Below are positions 1 through 6,762 of a stretch of 6,762 nucleotides of DNA, piece by piece. Position 1 is the stretch's first letter; every line of letters begins with the position of its first letter. The notes beneath the pieces were generated by a model, which ran no database searches, was not told the origin of the DNA, and worked only from the letters and a program-made list of their open reading frames with translations. The stretch is from Fonticula alba ATCC 38817 (lineage: Eukaryota; Protista; Nucleariida), in NCBI GenBank assembly GCA_000388065.2, contig KB932201.1; one strand, given 5' to 3'. The position numbers and the translations under genes are program-made.

Positions 1-1727
1 GGAGAGCGGAGCGTTGGAGGGCGCTGCAGAGATCGGACGCCGGGGCGACTCACCTTGCGGGGACGGCCGGGCGTGCGCGGGGGTCTTTCTCTCTCTCTCT
101 CTCTCGTGCGAGGCGCGAGCGCGGTGGAGGGGGGGCGAGGGGCGGGGAGGAGAGGGAGGGCGGGGGGGTGCAGGCGGGAGGGGAAGGTGCGTCGGAGGTG
201 ATGATGCTGCCCGGCCAGGATGGCCGGGGCCAGGGGGGACCGGGTGCACTTCTATCTGTGGGGGGGGGGGGGGCCCGAGGCCGGCGAGAGGGGCGCGAGA
301 GAGGGCCGGCGAGAGGGGAGGCCCGGCCGCCCGGGCGCCGCCATCATCACGATGAGGCGAGAGGGGGGCGCATGCGTGGGCCGGGTCCCCGGGGCGGCCA
401 TGCCGCGCTGGCGAGGGCAAGCACACACGCACTCGCTCGCACACGGGGAGAGGCCATCCTCACCACCGCAGACACGCACACACGCATGCAGGCACGCACG
501 CAGGGACTCACTGGACCGGCTCGGATTGGCCATGGGAACCGCCGGGACAGGGCGCCAGGCCGGCGGGGGTTGTGGGGGCCCCCCCCCCCCCGCCCCCCAC
601 CCACCCGCGCGCCCGTTTGCCCGAGCGAAGGGGCCGCCGGGCCGGGGCCGCCGCCGCCGCCCCCCCCCCCCCCGTGCCCCCGACACAGGGACGTCTCAGG
701 GACGAATGGCGGATCTCGTATGGCGTGCGGTGTGGCCGGGCGCATTCCCACCCCCACCGGGGCCGCGATCTGGGCGGTGCGATCCGGCCAAGTGGCGACG
801 CTGCGGCCGGGCCGGGCCCGGTGCAACTTTGCAGTGGGACTCGCCGGGCGGAGATCGGCCACACTTGCCCGGCTCGGGACGGACCGGGCAGGCTGCGGCA
901 TAATTCCGGCCGCCCCCCCAAGCACACGCGCCCGGGGGGGGGGGGGACCGCGCATGTCGGGCGTGGCCGGTGGCCGCGCGCGCGCGCGCGCGCGTCCAAG
1001 CGATGCCCGGGGCCCGGGGCTGGGCATGCGCCAGCCGTGTGTGTGTGTGTGTGTGCGCCCCAGATGTGCATGTGCCCCGCCCCCCCCCCCCGGCCGGCTG
1101 GCTGTGCCCCCGGCCCTTCTTCCCGGCCGGGGGGGGGGGGGCGTACGCCAGGCAGCATCAGCCAGGCCGGGCTCGCCGGTGGGCCCTCCCGCGGCCGGGC
1201 CCGGCGAAGCCCGGGAGAGGGGGCAGGGGCCGGGGACGCCGGTCGGCTGGGGCGGGCCGGGGGGACCGGGGAGACATGGTGCTCGTCAGGCCCACGCCCG
1301 CGGAAATCCGCTGGCAGAGGAGGGCCCGGGATACCGCACACGACCCCGGGGCCGCCTGACTAATCGCCCATATTCCTGTTGCGCGCGCCGGTGCCGCCGC
1401 CAGGAGTCTCCCCCATCCCCCCCGGTGTCCGGCGAAGCGGTCGGGGCCGGGGCCGGGGCCGGGGCCGGGGCCGGGGGGGGGGGGGGGGGACACCACCTGC
1501 GAAGGGGCGAAAACAAACAACGGGCCGTTGGAGGAACGCCCGCCCCGCCCCCCCCGTGCGCCCGGCCCCCGGGGGCATGGAAGTGGCTGCCCAACCGGGC
1601 GGCCGGCCGGGCGAGGGGGGGTCAACCGCGGCGCTCGCAGGGTGACTGGCAGCCACGTTGGGGTGAGGGGTGCCGGGCCTCGGCGATCGACCTGGCCCCC
1701 CGGACGCCGAAAGACGTGACGCGCCAT
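1..1727 (-). CDS. Uncharacterised multi-exon Pro/Arg/Gly/Ala-rich protein, 3' partial; candidate exons 1727..1627(?), 1496..1342, 1310..1147, 892..512, 407..54, 23..<1
   Basis: Minus-strand splice sites: acceptor ttcgcag|1496; donor 1341 gtgtgc with acceptor ctgccag 1311; donor 1146 gtacgc with acceptor ccgcag 893; donor 511 gtgagt with acceptor cgccag 408; donor 53 gtgagt with acceptor ctgcag 24. Phases agree across 1496-512 (WCPPPPPPAPAPAP..SWRRHRRAQQEYGRLVRRPRG-PDFRGRGPDEHH..WLMLPG-PARSVPSRASVADLRP..). Linking to the open frame of 407..54 needs a one-base shift, otherwise it stops at 254-252. The first exon and its gttgac donor are tentative. No domain was recognised. Confidence 0.5.
24..53 (-). 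other. Candidate 30-nt mini-intron
   Basis: gtgagtcgccccggcgtccgatctctgcag has a consensus GTGAGT donor and a ctgCAG acceptor. Its length is 3n with no stop, so retention cannot be excluded. Confidence 0.55.
88..105. repeat. (TC)9 microsatellite
   Basis: Read directly. On the minus strand it encodes ERERER in the putative exon 407..54. Confidence 0.9.
975..994. repeat. (CG)10 perfect palindromic dinucleotide repeat
   Basis: Read directly; lies inside intron 1146..893. Confidence 0.95.
1037..1055. repeat. (GT)9 microsatellite
   Basis: Read directly; lies inside intron 1146..893. Confidence 0.95.
1311..1341 (-). other. Candidate 31-nt mini-intron
   Basis: gtgtgcggtatcccgggccctcctctgccag. 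Removal joins two open frames in phase 1, while retention hits TGA at 1288-1286. Confidence 0.5.
1443..1489 (+). repeat. (GGGGCC)5 followed by G17; potential G-quadruplex
   Basis: Read directly from the sequence. On the minus strand it encodes PPPPPPAPAPAPAPAP within exon 1496..1342. Confidence 0.95.
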
Positions 1728-1805
1728 CTCGCCCGCCCGCGGATCCGATCCGGGCCAGCCGGGGCCGAGGGGGCCGGCTGACCCGGAAACCGGCGCGCAG
1801 ATGCA

Positions 1806-1815
1806 NNNNNNNNNN
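1806..1815. other. Assembly gap (10 N, true size probably unknown) between the divergent genes
   Basis: The N run of round length suggests a placeholder gap. Confidence 0.85.
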
Positions 1816-1965
1816 CTCCCCCTCCTTCTGGCCGCTCTTCTCTGCACCTTTCCGCTTGCCTCGCATCCTGTCCCTCGGCCTTTTGTGTTTGGCCATCCAC
1901 CCCTGGTGCCCCTTTTTATTCCTCTCTCGCTCTCTCTCTTTTGGTGAGACCCCATACAACAAAGC

Positions 1966-2556
1966 ATGGCGACCTCACTCGCGCTCGATCGGCTTGTGGA
2001 TGTCGATTGGACGTTTGGCGGTGCGACGCCGCCCTGCCCGACGCCCCTGGAACAGGGCGCCTGCTCGTCCCCGACTCTCATTGACACTGCTTCTTTGTCT
2101 TCCCCCCCCCCTCTCTCTCTCTCTCTCCTTCTCGTGACTGTCCACTCTGCGGGGCATCCTTCTCGCGTCAGTGACCGCCGGCTCGGATGTCCAGCGCCGG
2201 TCGAATGCCACTTTTGTCCGCCTGAAGATCACACTCCTGAGCCCTGATTCGCAGCTGGAGAATATTCACCTTGGTGCGTGTGGCCCCCGTCTCTGCCTGC
2301 CACGCCGGTGCTCGCAGCGGCTGCCACTGCCTGCGGGATTTCCCTCCGCCGCCTTCCCTTGTGCCCCACCCCGAGGCCAGACACCGATTCCAATCGCGCC
2401 CCTTTGTGATCACTGACCTTCTCCGGGGCGGCGCGCGGCGGGGATCCGACTCCGGGCTTTTCCCGGCCCCACCTGGCAGAGCTGAGCATCGCCCAGTTTT
2501 ATGAGCTGATGAAGCAACTGGAGGAGGCTCGCCTTGCCCTGGCCAAGGCCTCCTAA
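1966..2556 (+). CDS. COMMD7: COMM-domain protein, COMMD7-like (Commander/CCC complex subunit); join(1966..2020,2172..2273,2480..2556), 77 aa
   Basis: Spliced product: MATSLALDRLVDVDWTFGVTAGSDVQRRSNATFVRLKITLLSPDSQLENIHLELSIAQFYELMKQLEEARLALAKAS*. Both introns are phase-1 GT-AG (2021 gtgcga..gtcag 2171; 2274 gtgcgt..ggcag 2479), and splicing gives an intact 234-nt frame. The pattern L-x-D-x-x-W-x-FGVT-x-GS...F-x-x-LK...EN-x-x-x-EL-x-x-x-QFY fits the COMM domain and, from recalled sequence, COMMD7 best. The ATG context is aaagcATGG with an in-frame TGA upstream at 1945-1947. The paralogue assignment was not computed. Confidence 0.85.
2102..2127. repeat. C10 plus (TC)8 pyrimidine tract in COMMD intron 1
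   Basis: Read directly; lies about 45-70 nt upstream of the acceptor at 2171. Confidence 0.9.
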
Positions 2557-3135
2557 ACTACGGTGGCGGCCTTGCTGCGTGGACCGCCCGCTCGGAACCC
2601 TGGGCCGGGAGGAGGGAGGGGAAGCTCCCCTCGCCAGACCGACGGCCCCCGGCCACACACTGCCGATGGGGGTCCTCCCTGTGCACATGGGTGTACCCAT
2701 GCGCATGCGCGGCCTCTTTGCTTTCCCTGGCGCCGAAAACAACGTGAAAAACCTACACAACACATGGACACCTGGTTCCCAAAAGGAGGAAAGGGAACAA
2801 AGATATCATCCAGCCTGGCGGGGGGGGGGGGGGGGGAATCCCATGGACACCGCGAAAGAGGTGAAGGCGAGAGCCGGCGGCCGAAAAAAACCCCGATGGA
2901 CCAAGGGACAAGTCTTTGCAAGGGGGGGGGGGAGGAACACGCACAGAGGGAAGGGAAGGTATGTAGATGTATATTGTACAACCAGGCAAGAGGTGTTTTG
3001 TCGGGAGGGGGAGGGGGGGTGCCGGCAGAGCGCGCGACTGTGGGCCTCACGGACACTGTGCCTGAGAGGTCCGGGCCGGGTCGGGATGCGGCAAGGGGAT
3101 GGATAAGGGGACCAGGAAAACACAAGGACAAGCAA

Positions 3136-3155
3136 GGGGGGGGGGGGGGGGGGGG
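3136..3155. repeat. G20 homopolymer
   Basis: Read directly. Confidence 0.9.
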
Positions 3156-3188
3156 CGCCGCTCTCTAAAAAAGGAGTAGAGGGGTGTG

Positions 3189-3821
3189 NNNNNNNNNNNN
3201 NNNNNNNNNNNNNNNNNNNNNNNNNNNNNNNNNNNNNNNNNNNNNNNNNNNNNNNNNNNNNNNNNNNNNNNNNNNNNNNNNNNNNNNNNNNNNNNNNNNN
3301 NNNNNNNNNNNNNNNNNNNNNNNNNNNNNNNNNNNNNNNNNNNNNNNNNNNNNNNNNNNNNNNNNNNNNNNNNNNNNNNNNNNNNNNNNNNNNNNNNNNN
3401 NNNNNNNNNNNNNNNNNNNNNNNNNNNNNNNNNNNNNNNNNNNNNNNNNNNNNNNNNNNNNNNNNNNNNNNNNNNNNNNNNNNNNNNNNNNNNNNNNNNN
3501 NNNNNNNNNNNNNNNNNNNNNNNNNNNNNNNNNNNNNNNNNNNNNNNNNNNNNNNNNNNNNNNNNNNNNNNNNNNNNNNNNNNNNNNNNNNNNNNNNNNN
3601 NNNNNNNNNNNNNNNNNNNNNNNNNNNNNNNNNNNNNNNNNNNNNNNNNNNNNNNNNNNNNNNNNNNNNNNNNNNNNNNNNNNNNNNNNNNNNNNNNNNN
3701 NNNNNNNNNNNNNNNNNNNNNNNNNNNNNNNNNNNNNNNNNNNNNNNNNNNNNNNNNNNNNNNNNNNNNNNNNNNNNNNNNNNNNNNNNNNNNNNNNNNN
3801 NNNNNNNNNNNNNNNNNNNNN
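3189..3821. other. Assembly gap (633 N), probably hiding 3' exon(s) of the cyclin gene
   Basis: The N run is flanked by gtgtg and (gt)n, and no in-frame cyclin stop is seen before the gap. Confidence 0.9.
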
Positions 3822-3898
3822 GCGTGTGTGTGTGTGTGCGCGCGCAAAAAGGTGACACGAACAGCGAAGACCCGGCAAGAGAGGCGGCAGCACGGCAC

Positions 3899-4246
3899 CC
3901 GGGATCGGGGAGCGCGGCCTGGTGGTGGTGGTGATGGTGGAAGAAGACCCCCGGCGCGTACGAACCTGACATGGTCGAGGGAGCGCCGCCGGGTACGAAG
4001 TGCGACGAGGCCGAAACGGAGGACATGCCAGAGGGGGCGGCGGCGAGCGACTGCTGCGGCTGCGGCTGCGGCTGCGGCTGCTGCTGCGGCTGGTGGTGGT
4101 GCTGCTGCTGCGGCTGCTGCGGCTGCGACTGGTGATGGTGGTACCCCCCGGGGACGAGGGATCGGGAGGCAGCCTGCCGCCGGTGGTGCTGGGCGGCCTG
4201 GACGGCCTGGGCCGCGTGGACCTGCTGCTGGTACAGAAGCTGAGCC

Positions 4247-4284
<38 letters not shown>

Positions 4285-4602
4285 GACTTGCTGCTGGTAG
4301 AGGTGATGCTGGGCCAGGGCTTGGGTGTGTTGGTGATAAAACTGCGCGGCCGCTTGCTGGTACGGGTGCGCAGCCGTGGTGGTGGTGGTGGTGGTGGCCA
4401 CGCCGCCACCGGCCGAGATGGGGCTCGAGAAGTCCATGCGCTCGGACGCCGCCCCGGCAGTGCCGACCGCCATCATGGCGGCCGCCATCGGGGGCGAGGG
4501 CGACCGCGTGGCGGTTGCCAGTACCCGGCCGCCAGTGGCGGCTGTCACGGTCGAGGAGGCCGGGGGAGATCGCCGCTGACTGGTGGCCGCGGCGACGGCC
4601 TG

Positions 4603-4646
<44 letters not shown>

Positions 4647-6320
4647 AGTGCATGGCCACGGCGGCAGCCTGCTGGCGCTGGTGAAGGTACTGGCGCTGCT
4701 GATGCGGGAGGAGATGGCCATTGCCGATGGCGGTGGCATGGCGAGAGGGAGGCCCGCCAGCCGGCGACCCGGCAGCGGCAGCGGCAGAAGTAGCGGCGGC
4801 GGCAGCGGCGGCGGCGGCCAGAGCCATGCCAGGCGAGGTGACAGCAGGAGTGCCAGAGCAAGCTGCAGCTCCGCCATGGTGATGAAAGGAATGGCGATGT
4901 GACGAGGAGGTGGCGGTGTTGCTGCCGGCGGCGGCGGCGGCGGCGGCAGCAGCAGCGGCAGCCGCAGCCGGGCCCACATGCGATGACGACGATGACGACG
5001 GGTGCACAAGCAGAGAAAGCCCGGTGCTGGTGGCGGATGGCTGCTGCGACTGCGGCTGCGGCTGCTGCTGCTGCTGAGCCAGAAGCAGCGGGGCGGCGGC
5101 ACTCGCGGACATGGACGCCGTCGCGGCCAGGGCCACCGAGGGCGAGGATGCCGGCGGGGAGACCGGGGCCACATTGCGATTGACAGCGGCCGCCGCCGGG
5201 GGCGGAGGCTTGGCCATGTCGAGGGGAGAGGCGCTGGCGGTGGAGCCGGCACCGGCACCGGCGCCGGCAGCCAGGGAAGAGGTGGCCGAAGGGCAGGGGG
5301 TGAGGATGGTGGCCGCACCGGCGGCGGAGTAGAGCCCGGCCAGGAGGGCATGCACCCGCGGGAGGTCCAGCCCATGGCCGGGGGACTCGGCGAAGGGGAG
5401 CATGCTGGTGGCCACCTGCAAGCGAGAGGGATCGGCCGGCAGGGCGGCAAACAGGGCCCCGGTCAAGAGGCCGGCATGGGCGAGGGCCAGCTCGGCGGCC
5501 GCGAGGGCCAGCTGGCCGGCGCTGAACTGCACGCACAGGGCCGTGCGGAAGAGAAAGTGCAACACCGGCTGGATGAGGTCCAGCAGGGCGTGGTGGCGCT
5601 GCTGCTCGGTCAGGGCCGACGAGCCGGCGGGCCACTCGGCCGGCAGCAGGGCCAGCAGGGAGCCCAGCATCTGCGGCAGCACGGATAGCGGCAGCACCGG
5701 CGCCTCGAAGTCGTACAGGAGGATGGCCTGGACGAGGGCGCGCTCGGCGGCGAAGACCGCCAGGCGGAAGTCCTGGTGCGATGGCGGCACATAGGGGAGC
5801 CGGACGCCGCCGGGGGTGACGGCCCCCAGAGCCGGGGGCAGCAGGGAAAAGCACATGCTCGACAGGTAGAGGGAGATGAGATCCGAGGAGCCGGGCGCCG
5901 GGCGCGGCTCGTCCAGGATCTTGGCGGCCAGCTGCAGGCAGGCCATGGACAGGACACCGGCGGGGAAGGGGTCCAGCAGGCGGGCCGTGTCCGGGTGGGG
6001 GAGGAAGGCCCGATGGAAGAACAGCTGCGCGGTCATCTTGGTGGAGGCCCGGCTGGGAGGAGGAGGAGGAGGGGGAGGGAGCGCGGAAGCACATCAGTCA
6101 GACGGCAGCAGGGGAATGTGCGAGCGAGGATGAGCAGGAGGAAGGGAAGCCGGCTGGCGGGGGGGNNNNNNNNNNNNNNNNNNNNNNNNNNNNNNNNNNN
6201 NNNNNNNNNNNNNNNNNNNNNNNNNNNNNNNNNNNNNNNNNNNNNNNNNNNNNNNNNNNNNNNNNNNNNNNNNNNNNNNNNNNNNNNNNNNNNNNNNNNN
6301 NNNNNNNNNNNNNNNNNNNN

Positions 6321-6356
<36 letters not shown>

Positions 6357-6678
6357 GGTGCACGCACAAGTACATGCGGTCGGCGATCTGGGAGATGGCC
6401 TCCGTGTGGTAGAACCGCGCATCCGGGGTGATGGTGGTCACGGTGTAGTGCCGGGCCTCGTGCACCCACCAGGGAGCCCCTTGGGCCGAGACCGGCAGAT
6501 CGTGGTAGATGCTGTGGAGCTGGGCCGAGGCGTGGGCCGTGGCCGGCGCCCGGGCAAGGAAGTGGCGGCCCGGCGCCCGGCGCTGCTGCCCCGACGCCGC
6601 GGCCGTCGCCGTCGCCGACGACGACGGCGGCGAGGGGGAGGGAGCGGTCGGGGGAGACCTAGAAACGAGGGGGCCCAT
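3899..6678 (-). CDS. Transcription-type cyclin (cyclin T/K/L-like) with a long low-complexity C-terminal tail; exons 6678..6368 and 6052..~3899; 3' end unresolved and 5' start uncertain
   Basis: A phase-2 intron (6367 gtgcgt..cctcccag 6053, with a pyrimidine tract and branch-like ctgactga near 6100) joins ISQIADRMY-F-RASTKMTAQLFFHRAF. Cyclin-box motifs: TAQLFFHR, ACLQLAAKILDEPR (conserved Lys, 5922-5920), AAERALVQAILLYDF (conserved Glu, 5745-5743), and second-fold FRTALCVQFSAGQLALAA. A probable donor at 3898 (GG|gtgccg) is followed by T-rich and (CA)n sequence. The frame is also open upstream of ATG 6678 to the window edge. Confidence 0.85.
4246..4284 (-). repeat. CAG/CAA repeat encoding Q13 in the cyclin tail
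   Basis: The plus strand reads (ctg)n with one ttg, and the translation shows Q13. Confidence 0.9.
4600..4644 (-). repeat. CAG/CAA repeat encoding Q15 in the cyclin tail
   Basis: The plus strand reads ctg(ttg)3(ctg)11, and the translation shows Q15. Confidence 0.9.
5328..6440 (-). other. Cyclin N and C folds (domain region, interrupted by intron 6367..6053)
   Basis: The hydrophobic helical segment runs from about ARFYHTEAISQIADRM to RVHALLAGLY and contains the cyclin motifs listed above. Boundaries are approximate. Confidence 0.75.
6321..6354. repeat. G34 homopolymer abutting an assembly gap, inside cyclin intron 1
   Basis: Read directly. The true length is unknown because gap 6166-6320 is flanked by G on both sides. 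Confidence 0.85.
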
Positions 6679-6762
6679 CACGCGTCGGGGGGGAACATGG
6701 ACGCCGTGAAGCGGAGCTCGGAGGCGGGACTTCCAGGGAGCGATGGGGTAGGAGCGGGGGGG

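Noticed and set aside
1672-1720. Minus-strand peptide VTSFGVRGARSIAEA resembling an RI-type leucine-rich repeat
   Set aside because: It is a single short match with no further repeats, and the frame stops at 1622.
168-1781. 537-aa plus-strand ORF and other long plus-strand ORFs in 14-1781
   Set aside because: They are G/R/P/A-rich, run straight through microsatellites and homopolymers, and the splice signals here are on the minus strand. Long ORFs are expected from stop-codon scarcity at this GC content.
1944-1964. GTGAGA...AAG as a 21-nt intron that would remove the in-frame stop upstream of the COMMD ATG
   Set aside because: It is very short with a weak AAG acceptor. The upstream frame it would open (LPLLLAALLCTFP...) is simply translated pyrimidine tract and does not resemble a COMMD helical domain.
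2701-2710. GCGCATGCGC, matching the vertebrate NRF1 site
   Set aside because: It lies in a 3' region of a non-vertebrate-looking genome rich in alternating GC/CA sequence, so a chance match is likely.
2806-3188. In-frame continuation of the cyclin ORF across the 633-N gap, and a possible acceptor ctctcag|3061
   Set aside because: Frame across a gap is meaningless. The acceptor is plausible, but the frame and linkage cannot be determined, so I did not call an exon.
4050-5075. CTG/GCG/GGT tandem arrays as CRISPR, mobile-element or ncRNA signals
   Set aside because: They are codon repeats inside the cyclin CDS, with no repeat-spacer structure, terminal repeats or transposase motifs.
3186-5688. 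Plus-strand ORFs with poly-L/A/V (3186..4793, 4000..4902, 5002..5688)
   Set aside because: These are antisense shadows of the CAG/GCC-rich cyclin tail; the poly-Leu runs are not credible transmembrane segments.
3047-6094. 1015-aa minus-strand ORF overlapping the cyclin in another frame
   Set aside because: It is R/P/A-rich alternative-frame sequence with no motif, and it spans the N gap.
1-6762. Species assignment to a particular GC-rich protist
   Set aside because: Composition, intron style and COMMD presence are suggestive only; a database search is required.

Overview
This is very GC-rich eukaryotic genomic DNA with GT-AG spliceosomal introns, probably from a protist. It has three assembly gaps (1806-1815, 3189-3821, 6166-6320) and many G/C homopolymers and microsatellites. 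Three genes are supported. (1) A 3-exon plus-strand gene, join(1966..2020,2172..2273,2480..2556), encodes a 77-aa COMM-domain protein most like COMMD7, apparently without the usual N-terminal helical domain. (2) A minus-strand transcription-type cyclin (T/K/L-like cyclin box) has exons ~6678..6368 and 6052..~3899 and a ~475-aa Q/A/H/S-rich tail; its 3' end is lost in a gap. (3) A multi-exon minus-strand gene (~1727..<1) encodes an unrecognised Pro/Arg/Gly-rich protein, with candidate 30-31 nt mini-introns and an apparent one-base frame problem at a homopolymer. I found no RNA genes, mobile elements or CRISPR arrays. Most long ORFs in the track are GC-rich or antisense artefacts. I see no clear novel multi-gene system; the best lead is the COMM-only COMMD7-like protein.
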